DNA of 64,000 bases from Takakia lepidozioides (Eukaryota > Plantae > Bryophyta): assembly GCA_030704615.1 (NCBI GenBank), contig CM060734.1, forward strand, positions 37,758,001 to 37,822,000. The letters are read 5' to 3'. Below the pieces are notes generated by a model. It did no database searches. It saw only the letters and a list, made by a program, of their open reading frames with translations, and was not told where the DNA came from. Shown one piece after another: positions 38,278 through 51,194 of the stretch. The translations under genes were made by a program, and so were the position numbers. How positions within the stretch are numbered: the first letter of the stretch is position 1; each line of letters opens with the position of its first letter.

Positions 38278-39585
38278 CTAAAAGTCAAGGCCCACCTCCC
38301 GTGCAGCATCAGCTAAGGCCTTAATCCGCCCATGGTAGACAAAACCACCCCTATCAAAGGCAACCTTGCTAATACCTTTTTCTAGGCAAGCCTTGGCAAT
38401 TGCCTCTCCGACTTTTTTTGCGGCATCCTGCCAAAACATTAGAAAGTTATTAGTCAGATACTACTAGATGTCCTGCTTGCGGCCCACCAATGCACCCAGT
38501 ACCTTCCACAGATCTTGATTGCAATGCGCACCACTAGCAATTCTGGACAAATGATGGAGCAGTTCTCTCACTACCTCCCTCTCTCTCTCTCTCTCTAGAA
38601 TGTGATGCAGGGTGTGACAAACCCACAACATGAACAACAAAGAAAGAGTGAGTTACTTACGATGGTAGGGGCAGCTGTAAACTCCAACTCTTCCTTGACG
38701 GCTTTGGTGAGGGTGGAAGCATGAGCCAGAGTGTGTTGCTTGGTGTCATCAATAACTTGAGCGTACAAATGTTGGTTGGAGCGGAAGACTGCCAAGCGTG
38801 GCCTCTCACTGGTCCCATTCAGCTTTCCCATGAAAGACCGCCCACCCACTTGCCCCACTCAGCAGTTTCGTGTCGGACGGGAGGACAGGCACAAAGCAAG
38901 TAAGCATTATTATTTCTGATGGTGGAGAGGCTGGATAGGGTGGGACGACTCCACAGCCACAAATGAAGGTCTACATGTCCGTGTCATGCAGTCCCTACGA
39001 GAATATCTCATCAAGACCTACAGCTGGAAACTGATCCATGACATAGCAGTGTGCTACAAAGACGACACAATTCGTAAAATTTCCCGCTCTCTACAGGAAC
39101 CCCACACAAAGCCAATGCACTAAGCCCCGTGACTTTAGGGCATTGTACCTTTTTCCTAAGACGCTGATGGCGTTTCTTGATGGTCTCTCTCCGGGTTGGC
39201 TCGCTCGCTTCTATCCTCAGTGGTCCACTTGCGGCAACTGCACGAATCACATTGGCTTTAGACCTCCCAACACCAAATTGGAAGCTGATTTGACCCAAAC
39301 CAAGCAGATTTGTGGGTGCTCCCGTCTCCCATGATAGAAAACAGAAGGAAATCGAAAGCCCATATTTTGGCTCTCTTTCGAAGAAACAAGTTAAAAGATA
39401 GAGAGAAGGACAACTCACTTACTTTGCGGGAGAGGAGATTTCCCCAAAGAAGCACCAAATGGCTTGAACCCCGCAAGTCCACAGAATTCCTGGAAGCCAG
39501 ACCCCTGTGTAGATGCTCCTACTCCACAAGGAGACTTCAACGACAGCATGGATGCCATGGATCCCGCCACTGCCATAGCTCCCAT
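38278..39585 (-). CDS. RPL18: Plastid 50S ribosomal protein L18 with transit peptide; exons 39419-39585, 39149-39284, 38661-38822, 38278-38427
   Basis: [34 protein letters not shown] and [48 protein letters not shown]. Confidence 0.94.
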
Positions 39586-39903
39586 CCGCTTCCCTCTTTC
39601 TCGACAGACCACAACACTGCTTCAAAAGGCTTATCCTGAGATTTGGATGAATTTTGTTTTCATCGATGATAATGAGGACAGGTCTCAGTGTTATATTAGG
39701 GCGTAGACACACGAGCGGCAATGGAGATGAATGGGAGACGACCATTGGCCGAGGGGAAAGCGCACACTAACACAGGGGAGGAAGCACGTTCTACCGGAAG
39801 GTGATGTGTCTACTGACGTGGACAGTTTTGGAAACCGCAGCACTTCCAGGCACTTCACGATGGAAGTGTCGCGCGTCTATGAAAAGTGTTGTCTTGACGT
39901 GAA

Positions 39904-40910
39904 ATGCAGGGCCCACCATCGTCTTCTTTCTTTGCGAAGCTCTTCACGAAGCTCTCTTTACTACGGGTCACCACGAAAAGGTGTGTGTTCACGATAGGGT
40001 TTAGGAGGCCTCATGGAACCCACAGAGCAGTTACCCGTCATAGACTTGGAAGAGGGGAATGGTCATCAGTCGTGCAACATGCGATTTCAAATACGTACAC
40101 ACCAGGTTCATTTTCACAATTGTTGGGTGAATACCCTCACCCAAATCCTCCGCAGATGTTCTACTCAAACATGGGACCATCCAATTTCCACCCAAGTTGG
40201 GCACAAGCACCACCTCCTGCTTCTTCAACTACGACTGGTACTGCACCAAAGAGAACGGCGTGTAACGTCAAAAAGGAATCCGATGGGTCTGTTGCTCCAG
40301 CACCTAAGAAGAAAAGGGTGTCCAAAAAAAAAATGATCAAGGATCTCACGGAGAACGAGTTGGAAGAAATACGGCAGGGTGGACCTTGGAAGGAGCATTG
40401 GGTGATCCACCTCATCACTTTGCGAGGAGAAATGCAAGATGTGTTTTCATCACCACCAAAACAAGGTATGTATTCTCTTCAGTGTCACTGGCAAAACCTA
40501 TGCATGCAAATGTAATCGACAGTTTGGTATAGCTCGTAACAAACTGAATTCCTACAGTGAGCCATTAACAGGCATTAGTCACTCATCTCTATAACCACTC
40601 TGCAAAACCTAATTGTCATTCATGAATGATTTGTCATAATTCCCCATGGTTTATTTGGTGTGCAGGTGTGGATAATTGGTCATGTCTGCACACGAAGTTG
40701 GTTGCAGTGTGTCCCGAGTTTACAAAGGACAGTGAGGCATGTCGAAAAAAATGGCAGGCTATTTACAAAGACTACAAGGAGGATAAGCCTCTCAATGGAA
40801 TTTCTGAAAATGATAGGTCTGATAAGTGCAAATGGTTCGATTTGGTAGATCAGTATATGCACGATCGAGCCAATGTCGTTACTCGTGCACACAGATGTGC
40901 TCATGAGCCA
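39904..40910 (+). pseudogene. Myb/SANT-like (trihelix) DNA-binding ORF, probably the second ORF of a PIF/Harbinger transposon, truncated at the 3' end
   Basis: WKEHWVIHLITLRGEMQ..(intron ~40466-40665)..W..LHTKL..DSEACRKKWQAIYKDYK..CKWFDLVDQYM. Confidence 0.7.
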
Positions 40911-43050
40911 AAAGGTTTGAATGCCCTATGAGGAACTCAAGGCTCGATTGACTTCTGCACATATTCTGAGGCGGCCAATTCGGGGCGGCATTTCCAGCTA
41001 CATACGGATTGGAGTATGCTGGGGATTGGAGCAGTGCTCACACATGTGGATGATGAGGGAAGAGAGTTCGTAGTGGCATATGCTAGCTGCTCGACAATGA
41101 TGCCGCCGAGGCAAAGTATAGTTCATATGAAGGGGAGTGTCTAGCTGCGGTATGGGCAGTGGCACATTTCAGATGCTACCTCTATGGCAATTTCTTCACC
41201 TTTGTCACGGATCACCAACCATTGAAGTGGTTGATGGAGTCAGACAAGCTTACAGGGAAGCTTGCATGGTGGGCACTTATGCTTCAAGAGTACGACTTTC
41301 AGGTGGTGCATCGAGCCGGTATTGTCAATCGGGATGCAGATGGATTGAGTCATAATCCATGCACGAGCGAGCATGATGATACTGGAGCTCGGTGGCATGA
41401 TGAGACAGATGAGGAGATGGTGTCAGGATGGCACGCACTCATAGTTTGCTGCAAGGCAGTATTGGTGGGGGGGCATGCACACGGATGTGCAACAGTTAGT
41501 GGCAAGATGCATGGTGTGTGATAGAGTGCGGACTTCTTTCAATGCCCCTACTCCACAATTGCATCATTTACCCATTATGGGTTTGGGCTGTCGTTGGAGT
41601 CTTGACTTCGTAGGTCCATTGCCATTAACGATTCACCATAACAAGTATGTGTTGATGGTGGTGGAACACTTCTCCAAATGGATTGAACTGGTGGCATTGC
41701 CTGACATGGCAAGTGAGGGGGCTGCGTATGCATTCTTAGATTGAGTGCTTAGCCATTTTGGTGCTCCAGCCGAGGTACTCACGGATCAGAGGAGAGAGTT
41801 CTTGGGGGAATTTCAGGCTTTGTGTGAGCAAGCCTTGATAGATCACCGCACTACTTCTCGGGATCATCCGGAGCTGATTGCTTGGCTGAGAGAGTTGTTC
41901 AAACAGTCAAGTGAGGTTTGCGCAAGTACGGTTTGCAGAAGGGACATCTAGGAGATTGGGACCTTCAGCTGCCTTGGCTAGCTATGGGCTATAGGTTCAG
42001 CAAACAAGCTTCACTTGCCTCCTTCTCACCTTACTTTCTTCTCTTCGGTCGAGAGCCGGATTTGCCTGCATCTATTCGCAGGGAGGCTGCAGTAGTTCTC
42101 AACCTTGATGATCCGGATGTGTAGACACAAGCATGTGCCCAGCGGGCAGAGTCGTTCAAGAGAGTCATGCCTATGGCTTTTGAGAACCTTGCTATTGCCC
42201 AACACCGAGACACATTGAGGTACGCCACTATACGTGGAGGGGGATATCGGCCAAGTGTTCGGCATTTCTACCCTGGGGACTATGTGTATTTGCAGTAAAC
42301 AGTATCTACGACCTTGGATGTCACAGCAGGACGTGTGGTTCTAAGGGTCAGGGAGGTGTTGCCTTCAGAAGTATTGATTCTGGAGGGTCGAGATGACATT
42401 GTATGGAAGGACCATGTGCGTAATTGTGCGCCATGTCACATTCCACATATGGATGGGAGGATAGATCCCAACCTTGCAATGGTACCTACAGGGTTGCGTT
42501 GCATGTTGGTGGCGCCGCAACCATATTGGTGTGTGACAAATGCTCAAGGGGGTGGCACGTGGGATGCTTGACACCGCCACTTGAGAAGGTTCCTATCGGA
42601 AAATGGTTGTGTCCACGATGCCTTGGACAGAGGTGGTGGGCATGACAATGGTGAGGCGGATAAGTGATCCAAGGTCTAGCTAGTGGGGCTTCAATGCCAT
42701 GGATATCAACTAAAGATCATGGATTGCATGAAGGCGACTAACGATGGGGCTACGTTTGCACCCGGTCTCTTTATCTATCGACTTCAGGTGTTGGGACTTG
42801 TGCGATTGAAGACCAAACGATGATCTTATTGGGGTGGATACTTGCAAGCTATCCGGTGTTAGAGGGACCTAATCACCAGCTAGGGGAGCGATTGTGGCGT
42901 GGCTTTCTAGGACTGTATGCTAGGAAGTGTGGTTGGACAACGATGTATGTTGTGGCACGATGCTTAGGTACACGACAGCTGTCATGGTTTTGTTTGTGAT
43001 TAGTTAGAAATAGTTATTTCTCTAATTAGGAATCTAGCCGTGATAAAAGT
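40910..43050 (+). mobile_element. Ty3/Gypsy 3' half: RNase H - integrase - PHD finger - PPT/LTR start; degenerate
   Basis: FQLHTDWS..GIGAVL, VTDHQPLKWL, ADGLS, WSLDFVGPLP, EVLTDQ..EF, SPYFLLFGREP; PHD VCDKCSRGWHVGCLTPPLEKVPIGKWLCPRC; TAGGGGAGCGAT followed by TG at ~42893. Confidence 0.88.
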
Positions 43051-43329
43051 TTGAGCCTAACTTCTACACGGCGTCTCCGCATGCATGCTAGGAACACTCA
43101 ACTATTTTCCTGCCTTCTTTTCACTGCCAGCAATGTCTATACCCGGGTGAACAGAATTCTAAGCTCTTTTCATGTTTTTCTATGGCCAAAGACAATTCAG
43201 ACCGATGACATCCTCCAACATTGTTGGTGGTGGGACCTTTTCCTCGTTAGGGTGAGGCAAGACACAATTGGCAATATAGATATCATTCACCTCAACCCAC
43301 CACAATCCTTCAGGTATGACACGGCAGTG

Positions 43330-44520
43330 ATATAACTTGATCACACTAGTTGTTAAAAATGTGTCAAGCCATAGCACACCACAATTGGAGCAATTGGCAA
43401 GAACATAGGCCCATTTAAGTACCCGAACGTCCGAAAACTTGAACAACAAATGTAGATCTGTTGGGGGCCAGACCACAACCCCTTAAATATCTTGAAGCCA
43501 TAATATATTGATCAAACTAGTTGTGAGAAATTCTCCAAGCCATAACACACCACAATTGGAGCAATTGGCAAGGAGATAGACCCATCTGAATAGTTGAAAG
43601 TCCGGAAACTTGAACTACAAGTGCAAGATCTATTGGGGGCCAGACCACAACCCTTTAAGAAAATTCAGAGCTTAGGAGACCACCATAACTTGATCACACT
43701 AAATGTTAGAAATGTTTCAAACCATAGCACACCACAATTGGAGCAATTGGCAAGGACATAGGCCCATCTGAATAGTTGAACGTCCGGAAACTTGAACTAC
43801 AAGTGCAGATCTATTGGGGGCCAAACACAACAAGTGTAGATCTGTTGGGGGCCAGACCACAACCCCTTAAGAAAATTCAGAGCTTAGGAGGCTACCATAC
43901 CTTGATCACACTGGTTGTTAGAAATGTTTCAAGCCATAGCACACCACAACTGGAGCAATTGACAAGGAGATAGGCCCATCTGAGTGCATGAACGTCCGGA
44001 AACTTGAACAATAAGCAGATTTGTTGGGGGGCAGACCACAACCCCTTAATAAGATTTGGAGCTCTAGAGGCCATCATACCTTGATCACACTAGTTGTTAG
44101 AAAGTTTCAAGCCATAGCACACCACAATTGGAGAAATTGGCAAGAAGAGAGGCCCATTTGAGTACCTGAACGTCTAGAAACTTGAACAACAACTGCAGAT
44201 CTGCTGGGGCCAGACCACAACCCTTAGAAATTCCAAAGCTCTAAAGGCCATCATATGTTGATCACACTAGTTGTTAGAAATGTGCCAAGCCATAGCACAT
44301 CACAAATAGAGGAATTGGCAAGAAGATAGGCCTATCAAAGTAGCTGAATGTTTGGAAACTTGAATAACAAATGCAACTATACTGGGGGCAGACCACAACC
44401 CCTTGAAAATCTTTATGGCTCTGAAGTCTAGCATATCTTTATCACCCTACTTGCTAGAAATCCACCAAGCCATAGCACACCCAAATTGGAGAAATTGGCA
44501 TGAAGATAGGGCACAACAGA
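43330..44520. repeat. ~180-bp tandem satellite, about 6.5 copies
   Basis: Unit ttgatcacactagttgttagaaatgtttcaagccatagcacaccacaattggagcaattggcaag..cgtccggaaacttgaac..gggccagaccacaacccctt. Confidence 0.93.
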
Positions 44521-44529
44521 AATGAATGT

Positions 44530-44790
44530 GGCTTGGTCTGGCTTCACCCCCTGCTGATGTGCATTTGCTCACAGGTCTCCAAAGCCTCCATCCCCCATAT
44601 CCATGTTGTGCATGTCCTGCAATCATAGCACTCCAGAACACCACATCTCGTTTGTCCATCAAACACTTCATTTGCATCCACAGTGCACCCACATTTGACA
44701 TATATATCAACAAGGGTATTGTTCGCTAAAATGACATCTGGTACTATTCCAGCCTTGACGATGTCACCATGGACCTCTTTTCCCTTTATG
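44530..44790 (-). pseudogene. PLS-class PPR gene fragment
   Basis: GKEVHGDIVKAGIVPDVILAN.TLVDIYVKCG and RDVVFWSAMIAGHAQHGYG, frameshifted. Confidence 0.8.
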
Positions 44791-47700
44791 AATATATAAA
44801 TGGCTGAGCCCTAGAATACAACTTCCTGGCAATGGTGCCCTTACAGAACCGGCAACAGAAGACCCAAGCCTCAAGTGACCTACTACAGCAAAAACATGAT
44901 AAATGAAGAGGGTGAGAGCGAGATAGATGGAGAGTTGGAGAGCGCTTGGGCATGGACTAAGGAGAAGCAGACAATGTGAAAGAAAGATGGGTTAGAGAGG
45001 AGGGTGGAGAGGACGATAAGTGGTAGTAGAAATCGATAAAGACAGGCCAAAATGAACTAATTAATATGACCAAATTTAAATTATGTAATGCATGTTTGGC
45101 CATATTCGGGTCATATGAAACCTGTTTGACGTAGTTTTTGGGGGGATAGCTTCAGGGCTTACAATACTACCCACCTATACCTCATTTTTGGGCTCTTCCA
45201 AAAAGTCTATAGATTTTTCCAAAGTATATTAGATCATCTTTTTTTTTTAAATAAAAAATAAAGGGAAACACCTAAGAGCTACAGCTCACAAATCAGGCTT
45301 ATCTACTAGATGTGACATATAAAAATTTGAATGAAATGTAAACAACTATTGTCAAGCTTTGTAGTGAGTTCAATTATTTCGAAATTTTATATTTTTGGAA
45401 CTAGCTTAATTTATTTTCATTCTAAAATTCATCGTTGAAGTTTGGACATTGGAGAAAATGCAAATTTTGATGGTCTACAGCGACCCTCTACCTTATCAGA
45501 TCAGCCCATACCTAGGTCATTAGATGGTGCTCTAAGTGGAGAAGAGCTGGCTATGTTGGCTACCATATTTCAAGCTAGTTTCGTATGACCAAACATTGTT
45601 CCAGTTGAGGAAAGTGCTTCAGAGAATGAATATTGTGATTCAGATTCAGAATAAAGTTGATTGTTTGGAAGCATCTGTTCAATCATCCTACAATGATTTG
45701 GACACTTGTATGTTTTTAAAGTCTGCCACAGGTGCACAAACCACTTAAACATTTTCATGAATCACCACAAGAGTGGTACCAATCACTGAGGTGTCTTTAA
45801 CCACTTACAATCTACCACCGTCCAAGTGATACCAATCACTGCGGTGTCTTTAACCACTCACTATGTACCACTGTCCAAGTGATACCAATCACTGCGGTGT
45901 CTTTAACCACATAACATTCTAGAACTAACATGAGAGATTGAAGACCTGGCTATGTTGGCTATCTGCATTCAAACGACATTTGTACAACCAACCGCTATTC
46001 CAGTTGAGGAAAGTGATTCAGAGAGTGACGAATATGTTTCAGATTAAGAATAAAGTTTATTGTTGGAACCATTTGTTCAATAGCATCATCCTACAATGGT
46101 CTGGACACTTGCCTGTTTTTCAAAGTCTGTCACAGGTGCACAAACCACTTAAAGTTTTTCATGTATCACCACAAAAGTGGTACCAATCACTGTTGTGTAG
46201 GCAACCACTCATGAGTGACCACTAGAATAGTGGTTCCAATTACTGCAGTGTCTTTCACCACCCACTTTCTACCACTGTCAAAGTGGTACAAATCAATGAG
46301 GTGTCTTTAACCACTCAAGATCAACGTGCACTCTCCCCGTCCACGTGGAGTATTATAATAATTAATTAAAATAGATTTCCAAATCATAAATCATAAATAA
46401 AATTTGAATTATTACGCGTGGAGTAGCAAGTGGTTTCAACCACTTCCCATCACTGAGGTGTCTATAACCACTCACAATGTATCACTGCACCCGTCCACGT
46501 GGAATATTATATTTATTAACTAAAATATATTATCAAATAAAAAATAAAAAATAAAAACAAATTATTACACGTGGAGTACTGTGTGGTTGAAACCACTTCC
46601 AACCACTGTCTGTGATGCCACCGTGGCATTTCATCGAGATTAACCACTGGCAAGTGGTTACTAGTGGTTTATAGAGTGGGAAAAGACAGTAGTGGTTAAA
46701 GGGCCACTGGTTATTCCGCGTTTTCTTTCTAGTGAGGAGAGTGCCGGTACGAGCACCAGCGATAATAGTGGGTATACAAGACGAGGTATGTTGTTTAGGC
46801 CACCTTTACCTTCATTGTCTTCTGAGGAAGGTTCAGACTCAGAGTCAAGAAGATTCTCGCCGAGGGTGCAAGCCATTTCCGTGCCATTGTTGTGGGATAC
46901 GATGGAGGAAATGTATGGAGCTACCAAGGGGCCATGCCATGTCGGTACTCTGGAGCTGTGGGTACCATCAAGCTTGATGATTTCATATAAGAGTTTGATA
47001 GTTGGTGTGATTTGCAGCAGATGCGCAATCCACAACTGTTTACGCCTTTCATGGAGTGGAATGGGCTGTTTCAGCACCTTCAGGGGCCGCCTGTGGATGA
47101 CTACCATGAGTTTAGGCGGGGAAATGAGATGGAGATTGAGGTGTGGCGACAATATTGGTTACCTTACTATGTCTCCATCACTAGAGGCACAAGGGCAGCG
47201 GCAACACCAGCAGCTACGCCAACATCCCCAACTGCAAGCACAAGTAGTGGGACAAGTAAAGATGGAGCTGAGAAATCCACTCAAGCTCCTGCTACAGCAC
47301 TAGCACCCGTGCCTGCCTTTAATCCAATTGTGGAGTTCTTCGAGGAGTTGAGGAGAAACTACCAGGGGATAATGACAGAGAAATTGTGGAGCTTGCGAGA
47401 GTTCCAGTCTACTGAGAGTTTGAGGGAGGCTTACACGCACATGAGACGATTGATAAATGTAACCCAAGGGGTTACAGAAGCTCAAGCAGTCCAATTCTGG
47501 TATGGGATATTGGACAAGGAGCTGAGAGGAAGGGCGTGGGATGCAACTCTCCTACAAATGGCCCAACCCACCTTAGCAAACGTGTTTTTGCTGGCAGAGC
47601 GGATAGAGCTCAATATGGTGGAAGAGCGAGTGGTCATGGTGGGGTTTGGTAAGGAAACACAACGAAGTGGGGCTCCTAGTCAACAACAACCACTACCCCA

Positions 47701-49601
47701 ACGTGCTCAAGGCAACAAAGGGGCTCAGGCAAATCCCATGGAAGCACAGAGAGGATCTCAATTGCAGAGGTTACTTCCTTCATTTCAGGCCAACAACAGT
47801 CGGGTGTGACATGTGGGATTTGGGAGGACCCCATGTTAAGAGAGATTGTCCGGAGAAAGGCAAAAGGTTGGCACAGGCACAGCCTACACAACTACAGTGT
47901 GGACATTGTGGCAAGAGGCCCATTGTTATGACTTGCATCCTGAACTACGGTCAGGCCAGTTCCAAGGGAACAATGGTGGCCGAGGACGAGGCAATGTAGT
48001 CTAGAGAGGTAGAGGAGGCAGAGGTCGTGGTGGAGGTCGTAACCAAAACCAAGGAGCACAGGGTCAAGGTCAAGGTCATGACCAAGGCATGGTGAATAAG
48101 CTTGCCCAGCTAGAGCAACGTCTTGCTGCCATGGCCACTACTAATGTTGCGCCAGCTCCAAGGCCTGAGATTCAAGCCCCACCTGCACAACCTCCTATGC
48201 CTAGAGAAGACCAGATTGGTATGGGCTTCATGTGTGGAGCCGCACTTGCTCGACCATTGCATATGGACTCTGCAACCGCTGTCACTCAAGCAACAACTCG
48301 TGCCAAGAAGACTGGATGTGGATTTTGATCCACAAAGGAGGGAAGCAAGTCGACAGACTAGGCTTCCATAGTCTTTCACATTGGCTGAGACAGTGCCAAC
48401 TACAACATCGATGATATCCGCTCGCCCAAGTGTGCCAGAGGTAGAGCCACGAGTGCCATTGGGAAGAGTTGGTGTGGCTCGGGAAATGTCAATAGGTGGT
48501 GCTGCAAAGCAAGGTGCAGCTAGTACATTGTTGGGGGCAGCTATGGCAGTTTGTCAAGCTCCATTGTTTTCTGCAATGACAATTGCAATGCCGGGGATTC
48601 GGCCAACTGTTGTGTTCAGACTAGCAGCTAGACTCTGTGAGAGTGGTGATGCATCGGCACTATCTGCGAGGATAGCGGATAAGGTACAATGGATGGATGC
48701 CATGGATTCAAGGGTGACAGCCACAGCTGCGCCATGGCAAGCGGCAGCTGCAAGTCAGGAGTTGCCAGCTAGGCCAGCCATTGAGCGCAGTATGGTGACT
48801 CCTGGGGTAGTCCTGGTGGACAATCAGGATGGTATGTTTCAGTTGGGTGGCCCAGCCGAAAGGAGGTATAGGCCACTACGGGTCTTGTTGGACTTGGGAG
48901 CACAGTCATTGATGTTGGGGAGAGCAGCAATTACAGGCTTGGGCCTTACACAGGCGGATTTGGAGCCTTGCCCTTTCCAGATTCAAACATCTTTTGATGG
49001 TTTAGAGAAAGCGCGAGGGATTACACGCCATGAGTTCTTCATTCGATTGTAGTCAGATCATCCTACGGACGGCTCAGTTATGAGAGCTAAAGCCATTGTT
49101 ACGGACGCGATGTCCTATGATGTGCTTGTTGGTGGGGCTGCGTTGTACCCCATGGGATTTACTCTGGACTTTTGAGAGGAAATTACATCCTACAGGCCAT
49201 AATGGCAGTCAGGAGATGGCCGACATGCACTGCTCCCAGTGAGGTTTATTGGGAATGTAGCGGTGGATCATAGGAACATAATGCCCACATTGGCTGCATT
49301 TTCAGGGGTGGTGGCTTGGAGTGGTGAGATCTTGGAGGGCAATAGTCATACAGATGATAGGCCATCACCTGATGAGGACAAACAATTGGCATACAAGGCT
49401 GATTTGCTTCCTCGTGCGCCTGTGTATATTCCACTGTGGGGTACGGTTGGGAATTTGCATCGAGTAGCAGACGAGTGTGTGCACCAAGCATGGTAAGAAG
49501 CATTTCCATTGATGAGTGAGGGGAGTTCAGTGACATCACCTAGACCTCCTCAGTTAGCTCCTTTGGACACAGTGCCCATTACCTGGCAACCACCTGACTC
49601 A

Positions 49602-50560
49602 AGGATTTGTTTACTAGACCTGTTTGGAGGCATGAGCACTGGGTTTGCAGGAGTGTTGCAAGCAGGGATTAAAGTACGCAAATACTTGTATGTGGAGAAG
49701 GATGAGATAGCTCGACGTATTTCTATGCGCCACATTGCCTTGCTCACACACCGATATCCTAAGTTGTTGTCTCTCTCAACAATTCAAGGATACCAAAAGG
49801 CCTTGCCAGTAGACATTACCTTGCTAGGGGCGGATGATTTGGACCGACATGGTTCCATTGACTTGGTGATAGCCGGATGGCCTTGCCAAGGACACTCTCC
49901 CGCAGGTCATGGGAATGGCTTGCATGATGCACGATCGCATTTGTTTTGGGAGATGTTACGAGTGTTGCGGGACTTGCAGATGAGGCAAGTGTAACCTCTA
50001 GGCTATATCTTGGAGAATGTTCCTCTTATAGAGGATTTTCGGGCCAAGGTTATGGCCAGTGTGCATCAGGTGCGGTCTTGGATTGGATCGGCGGCACTAT
50101 TGGATGAAGCAGTGGTGGGATCACACGCATCGACCTCGATTGTGGTGGACCAATCTTGCACCACTAGAACTGCTCAAGAGAGCATACGATTCCATTCAAC
50201 GGCCATCCAATCTCACGGTTGAGGGCATTTTGGACCAAGGGAGGCAACCACAGAGGGTGCGACATGATGACCATCCACATCTAACAGTGGTCAATCGAGT
50301 GGGGCAGCCACGTGCGGCCTTGCCTATACTTATGAGCTTCCCCTTGTCTTATGCTTTCCGAGACAATGATCCTGGATTGATTTGGGATAGTGTGCTACAG
50401 CAATTGGTGGAGCCTAATGCGGATGAGCGGGAGCGGACAATGGGTTTTACCACGAGCACTACAGATGTGCCAGCTCTATCAAAGGTATCACGCTGCCAAG
50501 TGTTGGGTCAAGCAATGGATCTAAATTGCTTGACATGGATAATTGGCTTGTGCATGGGTG
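49602..50560 (+). pseudogene. C5-cytosine DNA methyltransferase domain (DNMT3-like, non-permuted) within the Gypsy polyprotein
   Basis: Motifs in order: I LLDLFGG, II YVEKD, III DI, IV IAGWPCQG (Cys codon 49884-49886), V LFWE, VI ILENV, VIII HRPRLWWTN, IX ERERTMGF, X LGQAMD. One stop (49992-49994) and one frameshift (~50125). Confidence 0.92.
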
Positions 50561-51194
50561 AACAACGGAGATTGCAGCATTGGTGACTACTTCTACACTC
50601 CTATTAAATAGTGCATCCTCCCTGCCAACCGGGACGGTTGAGGCAGTGAGTGGGGGCGAGCACAGGATCGCAAACACCCATGGCACATGTGGGATGAGAT
50701 GCGCAAAGAGAGAGTCATTGGATCTCTCAAGCAGCAGTATGAGGAGTCGGGAGAGCCATGGACTGAGGATCAGTTGGAGGCCAAGGTGGCCAAGGTTTTT
50801 GAGGAGATTGAGGATATTTCTTGCGCGGAGGATGTTCTCAAGGTGGATGGCGGAGCAAGTGAAGGCTACGCCACAGTCATATTGGGCGGACAAGGCCTAA
50901 GAGGTTGTTATCTAGCAACCAAAGGATTCGTCTCCTACCTCCAAGCCTGGTGTATCCAAGGTTGCAATCACTGAGGACAATTAGGAACCAGATGTTGGAC
51001 CTACAGTCACCGGAGGAGAACGACGGAGGATCCAGCGATTTCTAAGGGCTTATAGAAATTGTTTTGCCTTCGGTTTGAAGGATTTTGGGAGCTTGAAGGG
51101 TCAGGAGATTCGTATTGATTTGGCAAGTGACACGTCAATCTTTCAAAGGCCCTACCAGTTCCTCTTTTTTCCCGGAGACTTAAGCTGTTTCTTC

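Larger units (their letters stand above)
43150..46734. mobile_element. CACTA/EnSpm remnant: TnpA-like fragment, tandem array, PPR fragment, subterminal repeats and one terminus
   Basis: Ends ...TTTTCTTTCTAGTG (CACTAG on -) at 46734; many AACCACT/AGTGGT motifs in 45740-46710; duplicated ~300-bp block (45536 and 45938); minus-strand LYHCRVIP..WVEV..CVLPHPNE..LEDVIG..LWP at ~43180-43330. Confidence 0.65.

Noticed and set aside
43330-44520. CRISPR-like array or 60-aa repeat protein
   Set aside because: Whole units repeat with no unique spacers, unit lengths vary out of frame, and reading frames are broken by stops.
49602-50560. MTase as bacterial restriction-modification contamination or a host DRM/CMT/MET1 gene
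   Set aside because: It is embedded collinearly in a Gypsy polyprotein, has no endonuclease partner or introns, is not permuted, and lacks BAH, UBA and chromo domains.
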